A DNA stretch of 64,000 nucleotides. It comes from an uncultured Bacteroidota bacterium. GTDB taxonomy: Bacteria; Bacteroidota; Bacteroidia; Flavobacteriales; Flavobacteriaceae. This document shows positions 45,932 to 56,425 of this stretch, one piece after another (the stretch's first letter is position 1; each line of letters opens with the position of its first letter). The position numbers were made by a program, and so were the translations under genes. The notes under the pieces are model-generated. The model saw only the letters and a list, made by a program, of their open reading frames with translations, had not been told where the DNA came from and did no database searches. The stretch is taken from NCBI GenBank assembly GCA_902559905.1, contig CACEJV010000001.1, positions 52,495 through 116,494 on the forward strand, given 5' to 3'.

Positions 45932-46621
45932 CTAAAGCTTTTTAATTTTTATATTCCTAAATGAAAGATCATTACCATAATCTTGAAAGCCAATATATCC
46001 AGTCTTAAACTCACCATAATCTTTATTATCTCGCCACATTGAATTATTTTTCTTTTCATACCATTCATCTGACCAAGGTGTAAATGATAAAACTTTATTA
46101 CCATTTAACCAATATTCAACATTTTCCTCAGTAAATATAATTTTGGAAGAATTCCACTGACCTACAGGATTTAAAATTTTCATTTTTGGATCTGCTGCAT
46201 ACATCCCGTAATCAGAGGCTGTTTTTTGTAGCGGTGTTAATGAAATTCCATGAATTGAATCATAATTAACATCGTCAATTATTTGATACTCTGGTGATCC
46301 TCCGCCAAATTCTTGTAAATGATAAAAAATACCACTGTTACCGCCAGGTGGAATCTTCCACTCCAAATAAAGCTCAAAATTGTCAAACATTTCAGCACCA
46401 TAAATAATATCTATTTTTTCATCCTCTTCTGTACCTTTTTTCCTTAGAGTTAAGGTTCCATCAATTATTTTCCAACCAGAGTGTAAGTTAGACCCATCTC
46501 TTGCTAACCAACCACTAGTAGATGAACCATCAAATAAGTTTATCCATTCAGACTCTGACTGAACATTAGAATTACATGAGATAAGCAGGAAATAAATTGA
46601 AAACAAGATTTTTTTTATCAT
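45932..46621 (-). CDS. DUF1080 (3-keto-disaccharide hydrolase family) protein
   Basis: WINLFDGSSTSGW and GYIGFQDYGNDLSFRNIKIKKL. Confidence 0.8.
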   Translation of the reverse strand: MIKKILFSIYFLLISCNSNVQSESEWINLFDGSSTSGWLARDGSNLHSGWKIIDGTLTLRKKGTEEDEKIDIIYGAEMFDNFELYLEWKIPPGGNSGIFYHLQEFGGGSPEYQIIDDVNYDSIHGISLTPLQKTASDYGMYAADPKMKILNPVGQWNSSKIIFTEENVEYWLNGNKVLSFTPWSDEWYEKKNNSMWRDNKDYGEFKTGYIGFQDYGNDLSFRNIKIKKL

Positions 46622-46630
46622 TGTTCTAAT

Positions 46631-47962
46631 TTAAAAAATTCTATATTTTGAACCTAGGAATTGATTAACTTCAGAGTCTTCAAATTTAAAATTTTCTTTA
46701 TCCCATTTAAGTAATCTATTTGGAAATCGTCCGGCAATAACACCTAAAAGAACTACCTGTGTTAATCTACCAGAATAAGAAAAAGGAGTTGAACAATCTG
46801 TCTTTCCCAAACACGCATCAACGAATTCATGATAATGTACTTTTGCATCTAAATTATATTCTCTGTAAGGTTTTCTTAATTTCAATGCTTCAGGATACTT
46901 AGATATATCAATTTTTTTATACTCACCTTTAACAATTAGCCTTGGCTCTTGCATAAAATGTGGTAGAAGTAATTTGCCTTTTTCTCCAATAAACATTGAC
47001 CCTTGAAGTGGAAGTCTATCTTGTTTAGGTAATATCAAATCTTTCACGGTTAATGGAAATTGTCCATCTGTCCAAACCAAAGTCATATTGTCAGTTGTAT
47101 ATGCTGTTCCTGGAAAATTATATGTTACAGTACTTTTTGTAGGAAAACTAAAACCATTAAATTCTCTACATTCATTTTTAATACTAATTGGAAAATCTAA
47201 TTCTAAAGCATTGTAAGGGGTATCTAAAATATGTACTCCCATATCACCTAATGTTCCACAACCATAGTCAATTACTTTTCGCCATTGACTAGGATGGTAG
47301 TAGCCTTCTTTATATGGTCTTTTCTTAGATGTTCCAAGCCATAAGTTCCAATCGAGAGACTCAGGAATAGGATCATTTCCAATTGGGACAGTTCCATCAT
47401 AACCAGAGTTTCCATTAGTCCAGGCTCTAACTTTTTTTACTTTCCCTATAATCCCTTCTTTGATTAAAATAGTTGCTAGTTTGTAATCATAAAAAGAGTG
47501 AACTTGGATTCCCATTTGAGTTATTAAATTTTTTTCATTAGCAATTCTAATCATTGATCTTGCTTCTTTTGGATTATGTGTAAGGGGTTTTTGACAATAA
47601 ACATGTTTATTTAAATTCATTGCCATGATAGCTGCAGGTGCATGAGTATGATCAGGAGTTGATATTTGGACTGCATCAATTTGATTCTTCATCTCCTTTA
47701 GCATTATTCGATAATCAGAATATTGTAATGCATTGGGGTATATTTCCTTTAAATTATCTAATGCCAAAGAATCAACATCACATAATCCAACAATTTCAAC
47801 TTGAGAATGTGAAGAAATAGAATTTAGATCCTGTGCTCCCATTCCACCTACTCCAATCTGAGCGATTCTAATTTTTTCTCTACCTAATGACCACACTGGT
47901 GAGGGTAGAACTGCTAGTGATGCTAAAGCAGCTGATCTTTTTAAAAAATCTCTTTTTTTCAC
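46631..47962 (-). CDS. Gfo/Idh/MocA-family oxidoreductase with Tat-like signal
   Basis: MKKRDFLKRSAALASLAVLP is a twin-arginine-type motif with KR in place of RR. The Rossmann block is IRIAQIGVGGMGAQD, and CQKPLTH is also present. Confidence 0.87.
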   Translation of the reverse strand: MKKRDFLKRSAALASLAVLPSPVWSLGREKIRIAQIGVGGMGAQDLNSISSHSQVEIVGLCDVDSLALDNLKEIYPNALQYSDYRIMLKEMKNQIDAVQISTPDHTHAPAAIMAMNLNKHVYCQKPLTHNPKEARSMIRIANEKNLITQMGIQVHSFYDYKLATILIKEGIIGKVKKVRAWTNGNSGYDGTVPIGNDPIPESLDWNLWLGTSKKRPYKEGYYHPSQWRKVIDYGCGTLGDMGVHILDTPYNALELDFPISIKNECREFNGFSFPTKSTVTYNFPGTAYTTDNMTLVWTDGQFPLTVKDLILPKQDRLPLQGSMFIGEKGKLLLPHFMQEPRLIVKGEYKKIDISKYPEALKLRKPYREYNLDAKVHYHEFVDACLGKTDCSTPFSYSGRLTQVVLLGVIAGRFPNRLLKWDKENFKFEDSEVNQFLGSKYRIF

Positions 47963-47972
47963 AATTAAAGAA

Positions 47973-49601
47973 TCAAGGATTTAAAGTCTTTCTTAGAACT
48001 TCACCAGCCTTAAGGCCCATAAAGTTAAAATTATCTACAGCTAATTCTCCATTTACTATTACGTACTTAATTCCATCTGGATACTGATGAGGAGATGTGA
48101 AAGTAGCATTATCTTTTACCGTGTTTTTATCGAAAATCGTTATATCTGCTTTCATACCTTTTTTTATCAATCCCCTATCATTTATTCCAAAAGCGATTGC
48201 AGGGAGATGTGTCATTTTATAAATAGCTTCACTTAATTTTAGAACTTGATCCTCTCTTACGTACTTTCCTAAAACTCTTGGGAAAGTTCCATAAGCTCTA
48301 GGATGTGGATGTCCAACTCCCGGCTCAGATAATCTTCCATCAGAAGCAATCATAGTATGAGGATACTTCATTATATTTTTAACATCTAATTCATCCATAG
48401 CATGAAAAATACAACCTGCCCCTCCATTTAATTCAGCTTCAATTACAAGTTTAGCTCCATTTTCTACAGTCGGTTCTAAACCTTTCATTAATGACCAATC
48501 TTTGAGAGTCCTTCCTTCAAGATCTGGATTCCAGCTTACTCTTGAAAATTGAACTCTATCTAAATCATTTCCTCCTCTATCATTTAAAATATTAAAGACT
48601 ATTTCTTCTTCAATTTTATTTCTTATTTCTTCATCAGATACTCTATTCTTAAATTCCTCACTACCGCCAGCTCTGGCCCATGTAGGAATTAATACATTTA
48701 TGCCTGTGTGACTCGCACTATATGGATATTGATCTGCCATAATCTTAATCCCTTTTTGTCTTGCTGAATCTACTAGAGAAAGTGTCATTTCACTTTTCCC
48801 CCACATTGGCTTTCCAATTACCTTGTGATGTGTAAGAACTACATTTATATCAGCCTCTTTTGCAATTAAAATTGCCTCATTAACAGCATCAATTATTTTT
48901 AATCCCTCATCTCTAAGGTGAGTAGTATATATGCCTCCCTTTTTTGATATTTCTTTAGAAATTTCAATCACTTCTTCAACTTTAGAAAAATTTCCAGGCA
49001 GATATTTTAACCCAGTAGAAATACCAAATGCCCCCTCATCCATAGCCTTACTTGCAAGCATCCTCATTTCATTTAATTCATCTTTAGTTGGGTCCCTATT
49101 TTCTAAGTTCATTACTAATCTTCTAATTTTATTGTGACCAGTTAAAAATCCAACATTCATACCAACTCCAACTTTTTCAATAGAATCTAAGAATTCTTTA
49201 AAACCATATTTCAATGGCACACCTCTTCCATCTGGTCCTCCAAAACTTGTAGTTACACCTTGCCTTACATGGCTTTCACCATCTGATAGATTTATGAAAT
49301 TATCTATTGGATCAAGGTGAGCATGTGTATCAATAAAACCAGGTGAGACTACCAGACCTGAAGCGTCAATTATTTTAAGGGCATTATTTGATTCAATATT
49401 TCCAATCCTAACTATCTCATCTCCAATAATTCCAATATCTTGAATTTTAGATTCACTTCCTGAGCCATCATATACTTCTCCATTAATAATTACGATATCA
49501 TAATCTAAAGGACCAATAACTCTTTTAGTTATGGATATCAAAGCAATAATGGCAATTAAAAAGTATATATATGATAATATTCTCTGAGATGAAGAAGTCA
49601 T
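47973..49601 (-). CDS. N-acyl-D-amino-acid deacylase (D-aminoacylase) family amidohydrolase, membrane-anchored
   Basis: N-terminal TM, PGFIDTHAH metal motif, VLTHHKV, and the family-typical length of 542 aa. Confidence 0.78.
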   Translation of the reverse strand: MTSSSQRILSYIYFLIAIIALISITKRVIGPLDYDIVIINGEVYDGSGSESKIQDIGIIGDEIVRIGNIESNNALKIIDASGLVVSPGFIDTHAHLDPIDNFINLSDGESHVRQGVTTSFGGPDGRGVPLKYGFKEFLDSIEKVGVGMNVGFLTGHNKIRRLVMNLENRDPTKDELNEMRMLASKAMDEGAFGISTGLKYLPGNFSKVEEVIEISKEISKKGGIYTTHLRDEGLKIIDAVNEAILIAKEADINVVLTHHKVIGKPMWGKSEMTLSLVDSARQKGIKIMADQYPYSASHTGINVLIPTWARAGGSEEFKNRVSDEEIRNKIEEEIVFNILNDRGGNDLDRVQFSRVSWNPDLEGRTLKDWSLMKGLEPTVENGAKLVIEAELNGGAGCIFHAMDELDVKNIMKYPHTMIASDGRLSEPGVGHPHPRAYGTFPRVLGKYVREDQVLKLSEAIYKMTHLPAIAFGINDRGLIKKGMKADITIFDKNTVKDNATFTSPHQYPDGIKYVIVNGELAVDNFNFMGLKAGEVLRKTLNP

Positions 49602-49688
49602 TTTTTATATTTATTTAAATTTTGTTTCTAGAAGGTAAATATTCTTTTAATTTTAACCAAGTTTCATTTAACCCCCAATAGATAAAAT

Positions 49689-50891
49689 ATGTCACTAGAT
49701 AAAAGAGAATTTGATATTATAATTTGGGGAGCTTCAGGATTTACAGGTAGGCTTGTAGCAGAGTATTTATTTCAAAAATATAATTCCCAAGATTTAAAAT
49801 GGGCAATAGCAGGAAGAGATATAGCCAAATTAACATCTGTAAGAGATAGTTATCTGGATACAAGTATACCAATTTTTATTGCAGATAGTTTTGATGAAGT
49901 ATCTCTAAAGAAAATTACTACAAAAACAAAAGTTATTTGTTCAACTGTTGGGCCATATTCAAAATATGGATCTTTAATTGTAAAGTCATGTGTAGAATCA
50001 TGTACTGATTATTGTGATTTAGCTGGAGAATCTCAATGGATTAGAAAAATGATAGATTTCTACCATAAGAAAGCAGAGTCAAATAAAGTAAAAATTGTAA
50101 ATAGCTGTGGGTTCGATTCGATACCCTCAGATATGGGAGTTTATTTTATCTATAAGGATATTTTAAAGAAAGACTTACAAATTAGTATGAGAGTAGCTGG
50201 AGCAAAAGGAGGATATAGTGGGGGTACTTATGCAAGTATAAATAATATAATTAGCGAAGCTTCAAAAAATAAAGAAATTAGGAAGGATTTAATTAACCCA
50301 TATGGTTTAAATCCAGAAGGAGAAAAAAATGGGCCTGATCAAAGAGACTTGAACTCTGTAATTTTTGATAAAAAAATAAAAAAATGGATAGCTCCATTTT
50401 TAATGGCTGGGATTAATACAAAAATTGTAAGGAGATCTAACGCTCTATCAAATTATACTTATGGAAAAAATTTTAGATATGACGAAGCAGTAATAACTGG
50501 CAATGGATTTATGGGCAGATTAAGGGGAATAATGGTATCAATACCATTAATTTTTTTAGCTGCCAAACCCGGATCAATCATGAAGAGTATTTTTAATATT
50601 TTTTCACCTAATCCAGGTCAAGGTCCAAACAAAAAAGAAAGAGAATCTGGTTACTTTAATATCAGATTCTATGTGTTTGGCGAATCAGTTACTTTAATTT
50701 ATAAAGTTACTGGAGATAGAGATCCTGGATACGGTTCAACTTCTAAAATGCTTGCAGAAAGTGCTGTTTGTTTAGCAAAAGATTCCTTGAATGAATCTTA
50801 TGGAGTTCTTACACCATCAACTTCAATGGGTGATGAAATTTTAAAAAGGCTAGAGTTGAATGCAGGGTTAAAATTTTCTAAAATTAAATAA
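49689..50891 (+). CDS. saccharopine dehydrogenase-like NAD(P)-binding oxidoreductase (trans-acting enoyl reductase family)
   Basis: FDIIIWGASGFTGRLVAEYL Rossmann start, VNSCGFDSIPSD, and GDRDPGYGSTSKMLAESAVCLA. Confidence 0.83.
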   Translation: MSLDKREFDIIIWGASGFTGRLVAEYLFQKYNSQDLKWAIAGRDIAKLTSVRDSYLDTSIPIFIADSFDEVSLKKITTKTKVICSTVGPYSKYGSLIVKSCVESCTDYCDLAGESQWIRKMIDFYHKKAESNKVKIVNSCGFDSIPSDMGVYFIYKDILKKDLQISMRVAGAKGGYSGGTYASINNIISEASKNKEIRKDLINPYGLNPEGEKNGPDQRDLNSVIFDKKIKKWIAPFLMAGINTKIVRRSNALSNYTYGKNFRYDEAVITGNGFMGRLRGIMVSIPLIFLAAKPGSIMKSIFNIFSPNPGQGPNKKERESGYFNIRFYVFGESVTLIYKVTGDRDPGYGSTSKMLAESAVCLAKDSLNESYGVLTPSTSMGDEILKRLELNAGLKFSKIK

Positions 50892-51014
50892 TGGTTAAAC
50901 TAAAATTTAAAAATTGTTATTTTTCTTAAAACATAGATAATTAGTTATAAATATCGATGAAAATTTATGGGAAAATTATTAATTTTGCACAAAATTTAAA
51001 CCCATTTAAAAACC

Positions 51015-51338
51015 ATGAAAAATTTCATTATTTCTTTAACTATTTTTATAAGTTCTTCATCATATTCAGCTATTGAAAATCCTAATAATATATACGGATA
51101 TTGGCTAAATAATGAAAGTGAAATATTATTAATTCAACTAGATAATTCTTTTACAAGAAGTAATAAATTCTCAGTACTTGCTCAGGGAAATGTAGAATTT
51201 ATTGATGATAAAATTTTAGTCTACAGAACAGATACTAATGAAGAATATGCTTTAGAATATTTTCTAGGAAAAGAGACACTTGTTGTAATGAAACCAGACT
51301 CTCAAGAAGCTTGGTTATTTTCAAGAATTGGCGACTAA
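51015..51338 (+). CDS. hypothetical secreted protein
   Basis: Signal peptide, 107 aa, no recognisable family. Confidence 0.45.
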   Translation: MKNFIISLTIFISSSSYSAIENPNNIYGYWLNNESEILLIQLDNSFTRSNKFSVLAQGNVEFIDDKILVYRTDTNEEYALEYFLGKETLVVMKPDSQEAWLFSRIGD

Positions 51339-51363
51339 CTTATTTATTCTAATTGAAAAAATA

Positions 51364-52812
51364 TTATTCAATTATAGCTTCTGCTTCAATTTCTACAAGA
51401 TAATCTTCGCCTACAAGATTAGCTTGAACTAATGTATTAGCAGGATTAATATCTTTAAATCTTTTACCATGAGTTTCTGCAACATCTTTCCAATCATCCA
51501 TATTTTTGACAAAAATTCTTGTTCTAACAATATCGCTTAGACTACCACCTAATGAAGAGACTGCTGCATCTATCTTATCAATAATGAAGTTTGTTTGAGC
51601 GATTGGATCATTTTTACCAATAACCTTTTCTTTATGAGTAGCTGTAGTTCCTGAGACAATTATTCTGTTATCATATTTAACTGCCCTAGAATAACTTGCC
51701 ATTTCTTCCCAACTAGTATTACTTGAAATATATTCTCTTTTTTTTGTCACTTTAGAAATTTCATAAACTTTTGGCATTGAACTTAAGTGATGACTTAAAT
51801 CACCAGATGCAGTGAGAAATGGTGGTTTTCTATACTCATCACCACAATCCCCTGGAACTACATTTAATAAATTTAATGATTTAGATAATAGTTTCTTATC
51901 CACTTCACTAAAATTAACATCGTATATTTTTTTGTTATCATTGATGTGATCGCTCTCTCCTAACCTTGCTCCAATTATAACTGCTGCAACGTTTGGATCT
52001 TCAAGAATATATCTACTAGCAATATTTGAAATTGAAGTATTATTTTTTATTGCTAATTCATCCAAAGTCTCAAGGAGATTCTGAAATTTTTTCCATCCTC
52101 CTGTCACATCAATAAATCTTTTATATTTCATTTGAGACCAGTTTAGATCATCATTAATTTTAGGTTCTTTTTTACCTAACCATTTTTTTGATAGAAATCC
52201 TCCAGCTAGAGTCCCAAATGCAAATAATTTAATATCAAATTCTTGACAAATTTCTGACATTTCTCCACTTGCTCTTCTATCAAGCAATGAATAACATATT
52301 TGATTTGAAACTAATTTTATTCCACTAGATAGTGCAATTCTTAAATGAGCTGAATCAAAATTTGTTACCCCAATATTTTTAATTAGTCCTTCACGTCTTA
52401 ATTCATCAAGATAAAATAGAGCATCAATCCAGCTTGGGTCAGAATATTGCCAAGCATGAAATTGCATAAGATCAATTTGAGATTGATTCATCCTACTTAA
52501 AGATTTTAATACAGCATCCTTTGTTAATTTCCTGTCTATTTTCCCAGGGGTAGGCACCCATTTAGTAAAAAGATTTATATCAGAATTATTGTGATAATTA
52601 TTTTTAAAAACTCCAGCAATTATTTCACTAGATCCATAGTGATCTGCCATATCAAAAGAAGTAAATCCATTTTTAGCATATAAGTTCATGTACTTTGAAG
52701 TAACATCGGGATCTAATGTTTTACCATCTTTTTCCATATCAGCTATTTGCCATAGACCTATTAAAACTCTTGGAACTGAAAGCTTATCAGATATTTTAAT
52801 TATTTCTTGCAT
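51364..52812 (-). CDS. fusion protein: aldo/keto reductase domain + RidA/YjgF/TdcF (Rid) domain
   Basis: The N-terminal about 330 aa are AKR-like (FDMADHYGSSE, IDLMQFHAW, GVTNF). The C-terminal about 130 aa are Rid-like (IVRTRIFVKNMDDW ... NPANTLVQANLVGEDYLVEIEAEAI). Confidence 0.8.
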   Translation of the reverse strand: MQEIIKISDKLSVPRVLIGLWQIADMEKDGKTLDPDVTSKYMNLYAKNGFTSFDMADHYGSSEIIAGVFKNNYHNNSDINLFTKWVPTPGKIDRKLTKDAVLKSLSRMNQSQIDLMQFHAWQYSDPSWIDALFYLDELRREGLIKNIGVTNFDSAHLRIALSSGIKLVSNQICYSLLDRRASGEMSEICQEFDIKLFAFGTLAGGFLSKKWLGKKEPKINDDLNWSQMKYKRFIDVTGGWKKFQNLLETLDELAIKNNTSISNIASRYILEDPNVAAVIIGARLGESDHINDNKKIYDVNFSEVDKKLLSKSLNLLNVVPGDCGDEYRKPPFLTASGDLSHHLSSMPKVYEISKVTKKREYISSNTSWEEMASYSRAVKYDNRIIVSGTTATHKEKVIGKNDPIAQTNFIIDKIDAAVSSLGGSLSDIVRTRIFVKNMDDWKDVAETHGKRFKDINPANTLVQANLVGEDYLVEIEAEAIIE

Positions 52813-54281
52813 TACTCAGATGGTAAAGATTTAAAAATATTATTATTGTTTCTTTTAATTTTTATCCATCTTATAAGAAAATATAATGATGCTAAAGTCA
52901 TTACAATTAGATAGATTAATGTTGAATGGAAATACCAAGCATCAACTTCTGATGTCAAATCTTTATAGGTGTGAATTACTAAAAAGATAACTATTACAAA
53001 TGAGCCCACATATCCAATAATCTTTTGAAGTGATCTATTTTTAAATATTTTGATTTCCTGATATAGTTTTGGGTTGACCTTAACTATTGTAATAACAGTA
53101 ATACACATTAGTAAAAAATTTACCATCATTGAGGTAACCATTATATCAATACCAAGAAAAAAATCACCTGCAAAGTGAGAACCTATTGAACCAATACTTG
53201 CTACAATTCCTACAATTAATATAGATATATATGGGGTACTATACTTTTTATGTATACTTGAAACTTTATCTGGAAAAATTTTGTCTTTGGACCAAGCAAA
53301 CATCAATCTTGATACAGATAAAATCATTGCAGGTAAGTCATTTATGAGAGCTATTGTTGCTCCCAGAATTATTAATATTCCCCAAAATGGTGGCAAAACG
53401 TAACTTAATAGTCCTGGTGCAGTAATATCCTTAATTAATGATTCATCAGCTACAAAATTCCATGGGACAATATTATATACAGATATAGTAAAAAGTATAT
53501 AATAAATTGAAACTATAAATATTGCCAGTAATATTGCCCTAGGAATATTTTTAGTTGGATTTTTTGCCTCATTTCCAGTTTGAGCAATTGCATCAAAGCC
53601 AATAAAACTTGAGAAAAGCAGAGTAGATGCAGTTAGAAAAACCCTCCAATCAAATTGTTTATATTGAATTGAAGTTATTTCCCTTTTATCAATTTCAAAT
53701 ACCGCAGTAATAAAATCATTTTGATTAAATAATAATCCCGATACAATAACTATACTTCCAAGAGCAAACATTATAATTAACATTGGAATCAATGTGTTTC
53801 TGTAGAGCTTTCCTCCAATAATATTTATATATACAAATACCCAAATTAAAATCAATGATATTGATAATCTTACATATCCTACTTCTAGAAAACCTGAAAT
53901 ACTTATTAAGCCTAAATTATAAAATACATCTCTTATAAAGGGCACAATAATATATGCAATAACTCCTATTACTATTGACAATCCAAACCATTGGGAAAAA
54001 CTTGCTATAAACCCAAGATATGGGCTAAGTCCTCTACTCGCATATAGATAGCTTCCTCCTGCTCTCGGCATTGAAGAGGATAAAATTGCATATGAGTAAG
54101 CAGCAAATATTGCAGGTATTGCAGCAAATAAAAATGCTGGAACCACATATGGACCAATTCCAGGAACATTCTTTTGGATCATAAATGGTATGACATTTAT
54201 TGAGGCACCCATCATTGAACATATACCTGTCGCTGTAACAAGCATAAGTCCCATTTGTCTAAGAAGTTTTTTTTGGCTCAC
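52812..54281 (-). CDS. APC-superfamily amino acid/polyamine permease
   Basis: 489 aa with about 12 TM helices and a GSINVIPF-type N-terminal block. Its stop overlaps the start of the fusion gene by 1 nt. Confidence 0.87.
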   Translation of the reverse strand: MSQKKLLRQMGLMLVTATGICSMMGASINVIPFMIQKNVPGIGPYVVPAFLFAAIPAIFAAYSYAILSSSMPRAGGSYLYASRGLSPYLGFIASFSQWFGLSIVIGVIAYIIVPFIRDVFYNLGLISISGFLEVGYVRLSISLILIWVFVYINIIGGKLYRNTLIPMLIIMFALGSIVIVSGLLFNQNDFITAVFEIDKREITSIQYKQFDWRVFLTASTLLFSSFIGFDAIAQTGNEAKNPTKNIPRAILLAIFIVSIYYILFTISVYNIVPWNFVADESLIKDITAPGLLSYVLPPFWGILIILGATIALINDLPAMILSVSRLMFAWSKDKIFPDKVSSIHKKYSTPYISILIVGIVASIGSIGSHFAGDFFLGIDIMVTSMMVNFLLMCITVITIVKVNPKLYQEIKIFKNRSLQKIIGYVGSFVIVIFLVIHTYKDLTSEVDAWYFHSTLIYLIVMTLASLYFLIRWIKIKRNNNNIFKSLPSE

Positions 54282-54342
54282 TTAAAGTTTTTAAGTATCA
54301 CAAATTACATATATTTTATAACTAGTTTTTGTAAATTTAAAT

Positions 54343-54948
54343 ATGTCAACAAAATCTCATTGGGATAAAATATACAAAGAAAAGAGTCCTAATGAAGTAT
54401 CATGGACACAAGAAGTTCCAGTTACATCAATTAAGTTTTTTGAGAAATTTAATATAGATAAGTCGTCACCCATAATTGATATTGGTGGGGGTGAGAGTAG
54501 GTTTGTTGACTATCTAATCCAGAACGAATACAAAAATATATCTGTACTTGATATTTCTATAAATGCTATCAACAGAGTAAAAGATAGACTTGGAAAAGAT
54601 TCTGATAATGTAAATTGGATCGTTAGTGATATATATGATTTTAATCCAGAAACTCAATACTCTTTTTGGCATGATCGAGCTGTATTTCATTTTTTAACTG
54701 AAAAAAAAGCAATCAAGAGATATGTCAAACTAGTTAATGAATTTTCCAAAAATTTTGTTGTTGGTACTTTCTCAAAATCAGGGCCCTTAAAATGTAGTGG
54801 TTTAAATATTTCTCAGTATGATAAAGATTCTCTTGAAAAATTATTTTGTGATGGAGATCTATCAATCAATGATTATGAATATATTAATCATACAACTCCT
54901 TTTGAAACGACTCAAAATTTTATATTTTGCGGATTCTCGTTAAAGTAA
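54343..54948 (+). CDS. class I SAM-dependent methyltransferase
   Basis: Motif I IIDIGGGESRF, followed by an acidic residue at VLDIS. Confidence 0.78.
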   Translation: MSTKSHWDKIYKEKSPNEVSWTQEVPVTSIKFFEKFNIDKSSPIIDIGGGESRFVDYLIQNEYKNISVLDISINAINRVKDRLGKDSDNVNWIVSDIYDFNPETQYSFWHDRAVFHFLTEKKAIKRYVKLVNEFSKNFVVGTFSKSGPLKCSGLNISQYDKDSLEKLFCDGDLSINDYEYINHTTPFETTQNFIFCGFSLK

Positions 54949-54965
54949 ACTAATTATTATAACTA

Positions 54966-55997
54966 ATGGAATATAACAAACTACCTGGGACAAATATTGA
55001 AGTAAGTAAAATTTGTCTTGGTACTATGACATGGGGTAGACAAAATTCTGAGTCTGAAGCTTTTGAACAAATGGATTATAGTTTAGATCACGGAGTAAAC
55101 TTTTTTGATACAGCAGAATTATATCCAGTTCCTGCAACTCCTGACAGGTATGCCGATACTGAAAGAATAATTGGGAATTGGTTATCTCTAAGAAATAATA
55201 GAGAAAAAATAATATTAGCTTCAAAAATTGCTGGACCTGGAGACTACACAGCTCATATTAGAAAAACAGGTTTTAAAGGAGACTCAATTGAAGATGCAGT
55301 AAATGGAAGTTTAAAAAGACTTAAAACTGATTACTTGGATTTATATCAACTTCACTGGCCAGAAAGAATGACAAACTTTTTTGGAAAAAGAGGATTTACA
55401 TATGCTAATGATGGATGGGAAGATAACTTTCAAGAGATTTTGGAGAAACTAAAAAAAATAGTTGATGAGGGAAAAGTAAGATATGTTGGTTTATCAAATG
55501 AAAATCCTTGGGGGTTCATGAAGTTTATTGAATACTCTAAAATTGGGTTACCTAAAATGATAACGATCCAAAATCCTTATTCACTTTTAAATAGACTTTT
55601 TGAAGTTGGTAATGCAGAAATATGTAAAAGAGAGAACGTTGGATTGTTGGCATATTCACCTCTTGGGTTTGGTGTGCTTTCTGGAAAATACAGAAATGGT
55701 GAGATGCCTGAAAATAGTAGGCTTAAACTATTTCCCAATTTATCAAGATTTAGTAATAATAATTGTGCAAAGGCAATTGATATGTATTTTGAAATTTCAC
55801 AAAAGCATAATATGACATTAACAGAGATGTCGCTTGCATTTGTTAATGATAGGCCATTTGTAACTAGTAATATAATTGGGGCTACATCAATGGATCAGTT
55901 GAAAGAAAATATTAATAGTATTAATATTAAATTATCTGATGAAATTATCTCAGAAATTAATTTAGTTAATGAGAAAATACCAAATCCAGCTCCATAA
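54966..55997 (+). CDS. NADP(H)-dependent aldo/keto reductase (Tas/YajO-like)
   Basis: LGTMTWG, FFDTAELY, LDLYQLHWP, and YVGLSNE. Confidence 0.9.
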   Translation: MEYNKLPGTNIEVSKICLGTMTWGRQNSESEAFEQMDYSLDHGVNFFDTAELYPVPATPDRYADTERIIGNWLSLRNNREKIILASKIAGPGDYTAHIRKTGFKGDSIEDAVNGSLKRLKTDYLDLYQLHWPERMTNFFGKRGFTYANDGWEDNFQEILEKLKKIVDEGKVRYVGLSNENPWGFMKFIEYSKIGLPKMITIQNPYSLLNRLFEVGNAEICKRENVGLLAYSPLGFGVLSGKYRNGEMPENSRLKLFPNLSRFSNNNCAKAIDMYFEISQKHNMTLTEMSLAFVNDRPFVTSNIIGATSMDQLKENINSINIKLSDEIISEINLVNEKIPNPAP

Positions 55998-56007
55998 TTT
56001 TTAAAAT

Positions 56008-56391
56008 TTAGAAATCCCTGTTTTCAAAATTATCATTTTTTGGATTTGGTCCAAATTGATTTTCGCCTTGTTCACCTTCAGTAGCAAAAAGAATTATAAG
56101 CCATATAGCTCCAATTATTGGAATTAATACAAGTAAGTAGTACCATCCTGATTTGCCTATATCGTGCAGTCTTCGAATAGCTACAGATAAACTTGGGACA
56201 AATACTGCTAGACCATATCCTATGTAAATAGGTCCGTATCCAATTGCCCATGTGGTTCCAAGCATATTATCTAAGAGAAGACAGAAAATTGAAATAAGAG
56301 AATTGATAAAAACAAACATCCAATACTCCATTCTTCTGGATCTTCCGTTAAAATCAAAATAAGAATTGATTACTTTTAAATACCATTCCAT
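56008..56391 (-). CDS. DUF805-family inner-membrane protein
   Basis: FDFNGRSRRMEYWMF and RRLHDIGKSGW are the family hallmarks. Confidence 0.82.
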   Translation of the reverse strand: MEWYLKVINSYFDFNGRSRRMEYWMFVFINSLISIFCLLLDNMLGTTWAIGYGPIYIGYGLAVFVPSLSVAIRRLHDIGKSGWYYLLVLIPIIGAIWLIILFATEGEQGENQFGPNPKNDNFENRDF

Positions 56392-56425
56392 TTGATTAAT
56401 TTACAAAATAATTTCCTCTTGTCTG

